In this document: positions 21,628-31,573 of the stretch, one piece after another
How positions within the stretch are numbered: position 1 is the stretch's first letter
Layout: the number at the start of each line of letters is the position of its first letter
Assembly: GCA_018054125.1 (NCBI GenBank)
Contig: JAGPKD010000001.1
Span: forward strand, 27,147-91,146
Origin: Candidatus Oleihabitans oleiphilus
GTDB lineage: Bacteria; Atribacterota; Phoenicimicrobiia; Phoenicimicrobiales; Stramentimicrobiaceae
Reading direction: 5' to 3'
DNA length: 64,000 nt
The notes under the pieces: generated by a model
Told to the model about the DNA's origin: nothing
Seen by the model: the letters and a program-made list of their open reading frames with translations, nothing else
Database searches by the model: none
Position numbers and translations under genes: made by a program

Positions 21628-22461
21628 GTGGTAAGAAAGTTAGTCATGAAAATATTAGCAGTAGATTTTGATGGAGTAATCAGTGATAGTGCGCTAAAGT
21701 CTTTATTTGTCAGTCATAATGCCTATTGTCGTCATTTTGGACCAGAAGTTAAAAAGAATTTTGGTGGTCAATTATTTACTTTTGAAAATTGGGAACAAAT
21801 GAAAAAAGAGTATAGCCGGGAAATGGAAAAATACAGGAAATTACGTGCCTATGTAGAGTTACCTGCTGATTTTTTAGTTATGATCAGGATTATTGAGGAG
21901 CAATTAGAAGTAAATAATCAGGAGGAATTTATTAAAATTCGTAATCAACTGGATTGTGATTACCATTTTTTTCATGAACTATTTTTTCAGGAAAAAGAAA
22001 GATGGCAAAAGAAAGATTTTGCCAGCTGGTTTTCCTTATCTCCTGTTTATGAGGAGGTGGTAGCCGGAATTAAACAATTCTTAGCTCAGGGAGTAAAAGT
22101 AGTTATTGCTACCTCGAACTTGGGTAAGGCCATTTATCCAGCTTTCCATCCCGATTATCTTGGCTTTCAGATAGCAAAGCAGGATATTTTTGATAAGAAT
22201 TGTGGTCCCAGAAAATCAGACCATATGAAGGCTATTGTAGACAGATATAAAGTTAGCTTTGATAAGATCTATTTTGTAGATGACCAGCTGAGTTACCTGG
22301 AAGAAGCCCAGGCTTTAGGGGTAAACGTTTTTTTAGCTGGCTGGGGATATTGCACCGAAGAACAAAAAAAGGTAGCCCGTAAAAAGGGAATTACGGTAAT
22401 TGAAAAAGAAAAAGATTTTTATCCTACCATGAAACAGTTTTTTGATCAGGTAGGATATTAA
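21628..22461 (+). CDS. HAD-superfamily hydrolase
   Basis: HAD motif I (AVDFDGVISDS), motif II (IATSN) and motif IV (YFVDDQ). Confidence 0.55.
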   Translation: MVRKLVMKILAVDFDGVISDSALKSLFVSHNAYCRHFGPEVKKNFGGQLFTFENWEQMKKEYSREMEKYRKLRAYVELPADFLVMIRIIEEQLEVNNQEEFIKIRNQLDCDYHFFHELFFQEKERWQKKDFASWFSLSPVYEEVVAGIKQFLAQGVKVVIATSNLGKAIYPAFHPDYLGFQIAKQDIFDKNCGPRKSDHMKAIVDRYKVSFDKIYFVDDQLSYLEEAQALGVNVFLAGWGYCTEEQKKVARKKGITVIEKEKDFYPTMKQFFDQVGY

Positions 22462-22515
22462 AAAATATTAAAATTAAGAAATATAAAAATAAAACTTCAG
22501 GAGGAGGAATATCAA

Positions 22516-23700
22516 ATGAAAAATTACAGCGATTTAAACCCGGGCAAAAGAATTTTACTGGGACCCGGTCCCAGTGATGTTCATCCCCGGGTATTAAAGG
22601 CGATGTCTACCCCTCTGGTGGGACATCTTGACCCTGATTTTCTGGAAATTATGAATGAAACCAGAGAAATGTTAAAAGAGGTATTTCAAACCAAAAATGA
22701 ATTGACTATTGCCCTTTCCGGGACCGGAAGTGCCGGCATGGAAGCCTCTTTGATAAACCTTTTAGAGCCTGATGATAAGGCCGTGGTCTGTATTGCTGGC
22801 TTGTTTGCGGAGAGAATGGCTGATATTGTGAAACGCTGCGGGGCAGAACCCATCATCATAGAGGCAGAATGGGGAAATATTATTGAACCAGAGAAGGTTA
22901 GAAAGGTCTTAAAGGAAAACAAAAAGATTAAATTACTGGCTATTGTCCATGCCGAGACCTCCACCGGGGTAAGACAACCCTTAGAAGAGATTTCCCAGCT
23001 GGTAAAGGAGGTCGGTGCCCTCCTGGTGGTGGATGCAGTAACCTCTTTAGCTGGCATACCGGTGGAGCCTGATAAGTGGCAAGTAGATGCCATCTACAGC
23101 GGTAGCCAAAAATGTTTAAGTTGTCCTCCTGGTTTGGCTCCCATCTCTTTCAGTGAGAATGCTATTCAATCTATTGCCAAAAGAACTACCCCCATCCAGA
23201 GCTGGTACCTGGATATTCAGATGCTGCAGAGTTATTGGGGTAAAGAACGATTTTACCATCATACCGCACCCATCAGTATGATCTATGCCTTAAGAGAAGC
23301 CTTACGACTGGTGCTGGAGGAGGGATTAGAAAAACGTTTTCAGAGACATCAACTTCATTCTCGAGCACTGGTAGCAGGGTTAGAAGCAATGGGTTTAGAG
23401 ATGGTAGCTCTCCCCCAATACCGTTTACCGGAGTTAAATGCCGTTTATATTCCAGAGGGAATTGATGATCTTACGGTAAGAAGAGCACTGTTGAATGATT
23501 ATGGCATCGAAATTGGAGGAGGACTGGGTAAATTTAAAGGTAAAGCCTGGCGTATTGGACTGATGGGCTATTCCTGCTCCCGTAGTAATGTGATGCTCTT
23601 TTTATCAGCACTGGAGAATATCTTACAGAACGAGGGATATTCCATAGCAGAACATGGTATTTCAGCTGCCCAGGAAATATACAACCAAGAAAAGCTATAG
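22516..23700 (+). CDS. class V PLP aminotransferase (serine-pyruvate / alanine-glyoxylate type)
   Basis: PLP-lysine region SGSQKCLSCPPGLAP, 394 aa. Confidence 0.75.
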   Translation: MKNYSDLNPGKRILLGPGPSDVHPRVLKAMSTPLVGHLDPDFLEIMNETREMLKEVFQTKNELTIALSGTGSAGMEASLINLLEPDDKAVVCIAGLFAERMADIVKRCGAEPIIIEAEWGNIIEPEKVRKVLKENKKIKLLAIVHAETSTGVRQPLEEISQLVKEVGALLVVDAVTSLAGIPVEPDKWQVDAIYSGSQKCLSCPPGLAPISFSENAIQSIAKRTTPIQSWYLDIQMLQSYWGKERFYHHTAPISMIYALREALRLVLEEGLEKRFQRHQLHSRALVAGLEAMGLEMVALPQYRLPELNAVYIPEGIDDLTVRRALLNDYGIEIGGGLGKFKGKAWRIGLMGYSCSRSNVMLFLSALENILQNEGYSIAEHGISAAQEIYNQEKL

Positions 23701-23782
23701 CTATTTAGAATAGATATAGCTTTTCTATTTTTATCCTTAATTATCCTTGTTATTAAAAACAAAAGATTTTAAAGTAATCTAA

Positions 23783-23820
23783 TAAAAAAGAGAGGAATAT
23801 CAATTCCTCTCTTTTTTTAT
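23783..23820. terminator. bidirectional rho-independent terminator between convergent genes
   Basis: Hairpin aagagaggaat-atca-attcctctctt followed by ttttttta. It lies between the + aminotransferase and the - symporter. Confidence 0.7.
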
Positions 23821-23873
23821 TTAAGAGATACCAATTAATGAAAACTTATTGACCCATTGACTAATTATTTATT

Positions 23874-25079
23874 TTATTTCATTTCAGCCAGTTCACCCTC
23901 TGTTTTAGCTACCACTACAGCACAGGCACCATCTCCGGTTACATTTATAGCAGTTCTGGCCATATCTAATATTCGGTCAATTCCGGCTATTAAGGCCACC
24001 CCTTCTAAAGGTAATCCAACCGAGGTAAGTACCATTGATAACATGACCAGACCTGCACCTGGAACACCGGCTGTTCCTATAGAGGCTAATAAGGCGGTTA
24101 GCAATATTGTTAATTGCCCGCCTAATCCCAGATGAATTCCGTAAGCCTGAGCTACAAATAAGGCGCAGATGCCCTGATAAAGGGCAGTACCGTCCATATT
24201 TACTGTGGCTCCTAAAGGAAGTACAAAACTGGAAATAGTGGGTGATACTCCTAAATTTTCCTGGGCAGCACGCATAGAGACGGGAAGCGTACCTGAACTG
24301 CTACAGGTGGTGAAAGCAAGTAAAGTTGCCTCGGCAAAACCTTTGAAAAATTTTAAGGGACTCATCTTAGCAACAAGAGATACCATTCCTGAATAGACAA
24401 CAACAGCATGAATTATGACTCCCAGATAGACCGCGAGAATAAGTTTGGCAAAAGGTACTAACACAGATAGACCATGTTTACCAACTGTAACGGCAATGAG
24501 GGCTAAAACACCATAAGGTGCGAATTCCATTACAATACCAGTCAGTTTATACATGGTCTCGGCAAAACCTTCGAAAAATGTTAAGACTGCTTTCCCCTTT
24601 TCCCCGGCTCTGGTCATGGCATAACCAAAAAAGAGTGCGAAGACAATGACCTGAAGTATAGTTCCCTGCGCCATGGCACCAATAGGATTGGTGGGAATTA
24701 GATTTATTAGAGTATCAATCAAGGAAGGGGCTTTGGCTGCTTCTTGAGCAGTACCCTCTAATACTAAATTCATACCTGCCCCAGGTTGGAGAATATTGCC
24801 TATCAATAAACCGATAATGATGGCAACAGCCGTAGTGACTAAATAATAAGCAATTGTTTTACCAGCTACTCTCCCTAACTTTTTAGGCTCGGCAATACTC
24901 GATACACCAACTACCAGACTGGAAAAAATTAAAGGCACAATGAGCATTTTCAATAAATTGAGAAAAATGGTACCAATCGGTTGAATCCAGCTAATCCCGG
25001 GTCCCCATATTGCACCTAAAATTATTCCTATGATAAAACCAATGAGAATTTTTTGAAATAATTTCATTTTGACCTCCAT
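23874..25079 (-). CDS. dicarboxylate/amino acid:cation symporter (DAACS / GltP family)
   Basis: 401 aa with multiple TM segments and the SSSGTLP and NMDGTALY motifs of the glutamate/aspartate transporter family. Confidence 0.8.
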   Translation of the reverse strand: MEVKMKLFQKILIGFIIGIILGAIWGPGISWIQPIGTIFLNLLKMLIVPLIFSSLVVGVSSIAEPKKLGRVAGKTIAYYLVTTAVAIIIGLLIGNILQPGAGMNLVLEGTAQEAAKAPSLIDTLINLIPTNPIGAMAQGTILQVIVFALFFGYAMTRAGEKGKAVLTFFEGFAETMYKLTGIVMEFAPYGVLALIAVTVGKHGLSVLVPFAKLILAVYLGVIIHAVVVYSGMVSLVAKMSPLKFFKGFAEATLLAFTTCSSSGTLPVSMRAAQENLGVSPTISSFVLPLGATVNMDGTALYQGICALFVAQAYGIHLGLGGQLTILLTALLASIGTAGVPGAGLVMLSMVLTSVGLPLEGVALIAGIDRILDMARTAINVTGDGACAVVVAKTEGELAEMK

Positions 25080-25321
25080 TTAAAAAACAATAAAACATAG
25101 AATAATCTAATCAATTTTATTTGGTTATTATATTTTCTACCCTTATCACCCCCAGTAGGATTAAATTTTTTTACTAGCTTTAATATTATTCCAGGTCTAT
25201 GTGCTAAAAATTAACAGAAACAACTTCAGAATATTAGAAAAACTTTATTAAATTCTAAGTTAGTATTTTGCCTGGTTAACATCAGGGCTTTCTCTATTTC
25301 TTAATTTCTTAATATAAAAAT

Positions 25322-25870
25322 TTAAGGCAGTCGGGCTCTGGTAATCGGCCAGAAGACCACCGAAGCCTTACCAATTATATTTTCTCGGGGCACAAATCCC
25401 CAGAAACGACTATCACTGCTGTTTATCCGATTATCACCAAGGACAAAATAGGAATCTGCTGGCACTGTTATTTCGGGCATTGTTTCAAATGAGCGGTGTG
25501 TAACGTAATCTTCTTCTAATCTTTCTCCATTGAGATAGACAATTCCATCCACTATTTTTACTTTATCCCCCTCCATAGCAATCACTCTTTTAATATAATT
25601 ATGATTCTGGTCAATAGGGGGCTTAAAAATGACAATATCACCATGTTTCGGTTCAGATAATCTATAGGCAATCTTGTTACAAATTAACCTTTCTCGGTCA
25701 AAGAGGGTATCTTCCATGGAAGCACCCTTTACAACAGTTACCTGTCCTATGAAAGTGATAATAATGAAGGCAATAATACCAGCACTTACCACTGTTTCGA
25801 TTAATTCACGCCACATAGGTTTTACCTTTTTTCCATTTTTCTTATCAAGAACCTTATTACTTTTTTTCAT
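25322..25870 (-). CDS. lepB: signal peptidase I
   Basis: S26 peptidase motifs (GASMEDTL; GDNRINSSDSRFWGFVP). Confidence 0.8.
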   Translation of the reverse strand: MKKSNKVLDKKNGKKVKPMWRELIETVVSAGIIAFIIITFIGQVTVVKGASMEDTLFDRERLICNKIAYRLSEPKHGDIVIFKPPIDQNHNYIKRVIAMEGDKVKIVDGIVYLNGERLEEDYVTHRSFETMPEITVPADSYFVLGDNRINSSDSRFWGFVPRENIIGKASVVFWPITRARLP

Positions 25871-25972
25871 TACTTCCCTTTCTATTTCCTATTTTATTGG
25901 TTATATTCATCTTTATCAAAAATTATATCACATTTCCATATTTTTTAACAAAATAGTTCTATTTCAAAATAT

Positions 25973-28018
25973 CTATAAAATGTAGCTAAAAGAGTCATTT
26001 CCTCTAAGCTTAAGCACTTTTTCCAGGTCTTTTTTTCCTATTACTCCCATTTCTAGTAATATTTGACCCAAAGGCTTAGGGTAAAACTTTTGAGCCCTTA
26101 AAGCCTCTATCAGCTGTTCCTCCTGGATTAAACCGAGACTTAAAAGTTTTTCTCCTAAGCGAGGGAGAGAAGAAACGTATTGTTCGTTAAAACGTTCCAG
26201 CGCTTCCTTAATAAGGGAAGGATTGGCTAAGACTGTCGATAATTCGTCCACTTGCAGCTCTTTTTTAATTTCTTCTCTAACTTCTGTAGAAAGAGGGGCT
26301 CCAACGGCTAAAATCACTAACTTTTCAGTTATAACTACCGGTACAGTGTGATATTTTTTAAAAATTTCGAGCATATTCGGGGTTATGTTTTCTATTCTAA
26401 CCAGGTAATCGTCTAACTCTATATGACCGATTTTTAAGGCTTCTCCTAAAACTTGAGTCAATTCTTCCTGGGAAATAATCCCCTCTTTAAGTAAAAACTC
26501 TCCTATTTTTTCTCCCCTTTCTTTTGCCTCTTTCAAGCTTTTAGCTAAAGTCTCTGGCTCTATAATTTGTTTTTCTAACATCAAATCACCTAACTTTCGT
26601 TGATAACGAAACAATACTTCCGGCGGAAGATAGGTGTGTTTAGTTTTCTGCCAACGAGGACGAGTTTGGGGAAAACCAAAAAGGGCTATTCTCCAGGCGC
26701 TAAGAGTAGCTAAAAAATTTATTACATTTCCCCAGATAGTGCGTAAGGGTAAAAGAGGAGGAACAAGACAACCAGCTACCGCTGACCGCCATCCATAAAC
26801 TTTTTTTAGAGCAATACCCCGCATAATTTGGCGTTCCAGCATGAAAAAAGTTAACCCTACACTTACTCCCCAAGAAAGCGACCCTTTAGGATAAACAGGA
26901 GGAACATCATAGAGTAAAGAAAGAATAAAATAGGCGAAAATTACATATCCGGGAACGGTAAGAAGATTACCATATTTGGCTTTCCAATCACGGAAAAGCC
27001 CATATTTGGCCATAAAACTAAAATTTTTACTTTTAATAACTTTCCAGAAAGAAAAGCTCTGGAAAGAAATACCATAGATCCAGCGCGATTTCTGTTTGAC
27101 TGCCTCGTGTAGAGTGTTGGGGAAAATCTCTCTGGTAGCTATGTATTCGGTAATTATTCTACCATCATCCAGTATCCTCTGGACACCTTCTAGAAAAAAG
27201 TGGGTAAAAATCCCCAATTCAGCAAGATGGTAGGATAATTTATAATCCTCAGTTATACTGCCTTCTTCGAAGAGCTCATATTTTCCTAATTTATCCAAAA
27301 CGGAATGGGAGAAAACAAAACCAGTCCCAGCAGAGGGAACCATAGCGCCACTTGCCTCTCGGGCTAAGAGACCTCGATAATGGTTCTCCGCAAATTCGTC
27401 AGCATAAGTAGAAGAAGTAATAAACTTAAAGAAAGTACGCCAGGTAGGATAGGGTTGAAGAGGAAAGACTGGTAGCTGTACCACTTCATATTGAAAGCTC
27501 AGGTAATTGGCTAACTTAAAAGAGGTAGGATGGATCACATCTTCGGCATCGTGCACGATAAAAGAAGCAAAACGAAGGTGTTTTTCTTTTTCCAAATTTA
27601 GAATAGAACTGAGCAGTTGATTAAGATTCTGACCTTTACTGGTTGGTCCCGGTTTAGAATTGACTACCGCATGCACATTGGGGTATTTTTTTGCTAAGAT
27701 TTGCACTTCTTCGCAGGTAGATGGGTCATTAGGATAAACCCCGATAAAAACATGGAAAAGGGAGAGAGGGTAATTCACCGAGTGAATTAAGTTATCAATC
27801 ATCGGGCCAATTACTTCTGCCTCATTCCAGGCGGGAATTAAAATCGCCAGCAGGCGTCGGGGGACACTATCTAAGTCTTTCATCTGGAGGCGATTTTTAA
27901 CTTTTTTCCGCCCACCACCATAGTAATAGATGTCCCAGAAGAGGTCGTCCAGGCTAAAGACAATAAAGAGAAAAGCAATAATAAACCCCAGGTAGTAGAG
28001 ACATTCTTCTATAAACAT
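25973..28018 (-). CDS. NfrB-like family 2 glycosyltransferase with TM region and two tandem C-terminal MshEN (GspE-N-like, c-di-GMP-binding) domains
   Basis: GT2 catalytic core (ILIPAWNEAEVIG; HDAED) and several TM segments. The C-terminal 24-residue MshEN motifs include RLGEKLLSLGLIQEEQLIEALRAQ and KIGEFLLKEGIISQEELTQVLGEAL. Confidence 0.7.
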   Translation of the reverse strand: MFIEECLYYLGFIIAFLFIVFSLDDLFWDIYYYGGGRKKVKNRLQMKDLDSVPRRLLAILIPAWNEAEVIGPMIDNLIHSVNYPLSLFHVFIGVYPNDPSTCEEVQILAKKYPNVHAVVNSKPGPTSKGQNLNQLLSSILNLEKEKHLRFASFIVHDAEDVIHPTSFKLANYLSFQYEVVQLPVFPLQPYPTWRTFFKFITSSTYADEFAENHYRGLLAREASGAMVPSAGTGFVFSHSVLDKLGKYELFEEGSITEDYKLSYHLAELGIFTHFFLEGVQRILDDGRIITEYIATREIFPNTLHEAVKQKSRWIYGISFQSFSFWKVIKSKNFSFMAKYGLFRDWKAKYGNLLTVPGYVIFAYFILSLLYDVPPVYPKGSLSWGVSVGLTFFMLERQIMRGIALKKVYGWRSAVAGCLVPPLLPLRTIWGNVINFLATLSAWRIALFGFPQTRPRWQKTKHTYLPPEVLFRYQRKLGDLMLEKQIIEPETLAKSLKEAKERGEKIGEFLLKEGIISQEELTQVLGEALKIGHIELDDYLVRIENITPNMLEIFKKYHTVPVVITEKLVILAVGAPLSTEVREEIKKELQVDELSTVLANPSLIKEALERFNEQYVSSLPRLGEKLLSLGLIQEEQLIEALRAQKFYPKPLGQILLEMGVIGKKDLEKVLKLRGNDSFSYIL

Positions 28019-28462
28019 AGCTAGATTAGTTTTTTACTCCGTTTCTGTTTTCAGTTTAGAAAATATTATTCAGCTTGTGCTAAAGGCTTAAACGATTATC
28101 TCTTTTACACCTTTGTTATAACTTATTTTTACAAGCTTGGATATATTATCAATTTTTTTAAAAAAAAGCAAATTATTGAGTTAATTAAATTTTAAACTAA
28201 CAGTTAACTAGACCTTATAAACAGACCAGACTATCGATTTTGGTAAATTTTTCCAATATGCGCATCTAAAGAGAAGAATTGTTTATGACTTAAATAGCTC
28301 CTTCCTAGCATTTTTGTTAAAAAATGTTTTACCAGAAAGAGGAAACAAGATATAATTATAAAATATATTTTATAATAATTTTATAATACTGGGATTTTAA
28401 AAAAATCCTGTATTCTTATTTCATATAAACAAGATAGCATTTTCTTGAATTGTATTTTCTTT

Positions 28463-28497
28463 GAGGGGCTTCAGAGGATACCTCCCCTGAATATACT
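28463..28497 (+). repeat. family B hairpin (variant)
   Basis: gaggggcttcagaggatacctcccctgaatatac. Confidence 0.7.
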
Positions 28498-28666
28498 AAT
28501 TGTCTAGCAATTTCGATACTATATAAGATAAACTACCAGAGTAAAAGGTCATTGCGAGGGAAGCACTCAACATTATTTGAGTGCTTCCCGTGGCAATCTC
28601 ATACTATTATACCGGTATCTTTGGTCTTATAACTGAGAATCAATAACTGACTACTTTCCATTAATA

Positions 28667-28895
28667 CTGCGGGCGTAAGTGAATGAGATTGCTTCGTCGC
28701 TATGCTCCTCGCAATGACAAAATAGTATATCGTATTACGTATAACGTATATCGTTAAAATTAGTCGCTGGTCATTAATAGCTGGCATTTAGTTTCCTATT
28801 GCTCATTACTTATTACTAGTTACTTATTACTGATTAGTCTCCTTGCAATGGCTAAAAGATTATATCGTATTACGTATATAAGATATATCGAATTT
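28667..28895 (+). repeat. family A element, copy A3 (diverged), upstream of the HAD/radical SAM operon
   Basis: Shares gtgaatgagattgcttcgtcgct.tgctcctcgcaatgacaaaa and the tacgtata/ttagtcg/ttacttattac blocks. Confidence 0.7.
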
Positions 28896-28948
28896 TATGT
28901 TATGTCTTTTATCTAATGAAACCGAATACAGTTATGCTCACCATCATA

Positions 28949-29003
28949 ATCCTCTCCCTTAGAAGGGAGAGGTAAGGTGAGGGGGATAAATTATTACCTT
29001 ATT
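28949..29003. repeat. family C unit abutting the HAD gene start
   Basis: cctctcccttagaagggagaggtaaggtgagggggataaattattacctt. Confidence 0.8.
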
Positions 29004-29008
29004 ACTTT

Positions 29009-29707
29009 ATGGGGAGGAATAATGCCATTCGTACCATTATCTTTGACCTTGATGATACCTTAATACAAACCTCTAAAATTTACCATCAAGCCCGGGATGA
29101 ATTTGCCCGGATTATGTCTAGCCTGGGATTTCCCAGGGAGGAAGTTCTGGAAAAGCTTGATGAAATTGATATCAAGCATATCCAGGAACAGGGTTTTGCC
29201 AAAGAAAGGTATCCTTTAAGCCTGATTAAGACCTATCATTATTACTGTGAGTGTTCTGGTGAGAAAATTGACCTTCAAACAGAAAAGGAAATTGCTGCCA
29301 TAGGCTGGAAAGTTTTTCAGCAAATTCCAGAGCAGGTAGAGGGGGCTGATTTAGTATTAAATAATCTAAAAGGACGTTATCTCTTAATACTGGCAACTCT
29401 GGGAGATCCGGAAATACAACACCAGAAGATAAGGTATTCTGGATTACAGTCTTATTTTTCGGCTATCTATGTCTTAAATTATAAAACTGCTGAGGAATAT
29501 CTCCAAATTATTAAACAACATAATCTCAAGAAAGAAAAAACCTGGATTATTGGTAATAGTATTCGCTCTGATTTAAATCCTGGATTAGAACTGGGATTAA
29601 ATTGTATTTTAATACCTGCTCCTACCTGGAAATTTGAGGAAGAAAAACCAATTTCCAATCATTATTTACAATTAAAGTCTCTGGTAGAAGTATTGAATTA
29701 TCTATGA
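29009..29707 (+). CDS. HAD-superfamily hydrolase
   Basis: Motif I IIFDLDDTL and motif IV IIGNSIRSD. Confidence 0.6.
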   Translation: MGRNNAIRTIIFDLDDTLIQTSKIYHQARDEFARIMSSLGFPREEVLEKLDEIDIKHIQEQGFAKERYPLSLIKTYHYYCECSGEKIDLQTEKEIAAIGWKVFQQIPEQVEGADLVLNNLKGRYLLILATLGDPEIQHQKIRYSGLQSYFSAIYVLNYKTAEEYLQIIKQHNLKKEKTWIIGNSIRSDLNPGLELGLNCILIPAPTWKFEEEKPISNHYLQLKSLVEVLNYL

Positions 29708-30621
29708 AAAAATATCCTTCTTATCTCAATCTAAGCAAAGTTCAATTTCAAAGACGGATTAGAGAAGCCTATCATGGTCTTCAGTCCTGCTGTCTCTGTC
29801 CTCATCATTGTGGGGTAAATCGCATTGCCGGTCAAAAAGGCCTATGTCGCTCTACTGCTCAACTCACAGTAGCCAGCTACAATGCCCATTTTGGTGAGGA
29901 ACCCCCTATTTCGGGTAGCCGTGGTTCAGGGACCATCTTTTTTAGCAATTGTACTTTACATTGTCTATTTTGCCAGAATTATCCTATCAGCCAGCTGGGG
30001 CATGGTAATCCCGTTTCCATTTCAGAATTATCCAAAATGATGCTTGATTTACAAAAACAGGGGTGTCATAATATTAATCTGGTAACACCAACTCATTTTG
30101 TAGCCCAAATTATAGCGGCAATAGGAGAGGCCAAATCGAAGGGACTTTCTATACCCATCGTGTATAATACCAGTGGATATGAATCCTTGACTACCTTAAA
30201 GTTATTAGAGGGAATTATCGATATTTATCTTCCTGATGCCAAGTATGCTGATAACCTTATTGCTAAAAAGTATTCTCAGGCAGAGAATTATTTTTCGGTC
30301 ATGAAAGAAGCACTGCGCGAGATGTATCGCCAGGTAGGTGATTTAAAAGTAGATCAGAATGGTATTGCCATTTCCGGCTTGATTATACGCCATTTAGTGT
30401 TACCAAATAATCTATCAGGTAGTGATAAGATATTACCGTGGATTGCTCAGAATATATCTCCAGAAACTTATCTTAGTTTGATGTCTCAATATTTTCCTGC
30501 CTTTCAGGCGGATAAATATCCCGAACTTTCTCGCCGCATTACTCGTGCCGAATATAGTAAGGCTAAGCTGGCCTTTGAGCAATGTGGATTAAAAAACGGT
30601 TGGTTGCAACAAAATGAATAG
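29704..30621 (+). CDS. radical SAM protein, PflX / pyruvate formate-lyase activase-related family with an extra N-terminal Cys cluster
   Basis: CLCPHHCGVN...GLC cluster followed by radical SAM CTLHCLFCQNY. It overlaps the HAD gene by 4 bp. Confidence 0.65.
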   Translation: MKKYPSYLNLSKVQFQRRIREAYHGLQSCCLCPHHCGVNRIAGQKGLCRSTAQLTVASYNAHFGEEPPISGSRGSGTIFFSNCTLHCLFCQNYPISQLGHGNPVSISELSKMMLDLQKQGCHNINLVTPTHFVAQIIAAIGEAKSKGLSIPIVYNTSGYESLTTLKLLEGIIDIYLPDAKYADNLIAKKYSQAENYFSVMKEALREMYRQVGDLKVDQNGIAISGLIIRHLVLPNNLSGSDKILPWIAQNISPETYLSLMSQYFPAFQADKYPELSRRITRAEYSKAKLAFEQCGLKNGWLQQNE

Positions 30622-31501
30622 CATTAGTGATATGAATAGAAAAAAATCCAGTCTTAAAGCAGAAATAATCCTGTTAGGGGTAGTGGTGATCTGGGGTTAT
30701 ACCTTCCCGGTAATCAAAAAGGTACTGCTGGAGATTCCCCCTTTTACTTTTCTAAGCTACCGTTTTTTACTGGCTTTTGCGGTCATTTATTTAATCTTTT
30801 CCAAGCAGCTAAGAAGAATTGAATTAAAGACTATTAAGGATGGATTTCTGGTCGGATTATTTCTTTTTATTGGTTATTTTGGACAGACTGTAGGGACCCA
30901 ATTTACCACCGCTACCAAAACTGCTTTTATTACTGGCACCTCGGTAGTTCTGGTTCCTATTTTTTACTTTTGCTGGCTCAAAGAGAAAATTAAGCTTAAT
31001 TCAGTTATGGGGGTATTTCTGGCTATGATTGGTCTGTGGCTTATGAATTCTAACGGCACCCTGTATCACATCAATTTAGGTGATTCTCTGGTTTTCCTGG
31101 GGGCGGTTGGTTTTGCCTTCTATATTATTGCTGTTCATATTTATACCCAAAAACATGATTATGTCCAGCTGGTCTTTATCCAGTTAGTTACCGTTGCTCT
31201 TCTCTCTTTTTTGATGGCTATCATAACGGAAAGGGAGGCCTTACATTTTTCCTATGGTTTTTCGGTATACTGGGCAATTGTGGTTACTGGAATATTTGCT
31301 ACCGCTCTTGCCTTTTATCTCCAAAATCGTTATCAACGTTATTCCAGCCCTACTAAGATTGCCCTTATTTTTGCAGCCGAGCCAGTCTTCGGTGCTCTTT
31401 TTTCTTACCTAATTTTAGGGGAAACTATTGGTGTTTTCGGTATTATCGGTGGGTTGGCGATTTTTGCTGGCATGTTTATTGCTCAGGTGGAAAAGACTTA
31501 A
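30614..31501 (+). CDS. EamA/DMT-family transporter
   Basis: 10-TM protein with duplicated EamA-like halves. Confidence 0.65.
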   Translation: MNSISDMNRKKSSLKAEIILLGVVVIWGYTFPVIKKVLLEIPPFTFLSYRFLLAFAVIYLIFSKQLRRIELKTIKDGFLVGLFLFIGYFGQTVGTQFTTATKTAFITGTSVVLVPIFYFCWLKEKIKLNSVMGVFLAMIGLWLMNSNGTLYHINLGDSLVFLGAVGFAFYIIAVHIYTQKHDYVQLVFIQLVTVALLSFLMAIITEREALHFSYGFSVYWAIVVTGIFATALAFYLQNRYQRYSSPTKIALIFAAEPVFGALFSYLILGETIGVFGIIGGLAIFAGMFIAQVEKT

Positions 31502-31514
31502 AAAGAGTATTTAA

Positions 31515-31547
31515 TAGTATCAGAATTTTTTTGAAATTCCGATACTA
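31515..31547. repeat. family D palindrome just after the EamA gene stop
   Basis: tagtatcagaatttttttgaaattccgatacta. Confidence 0.8.
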
Positions 31548-31573
31548 TAAAATAAGGATAAATATTATTAACT

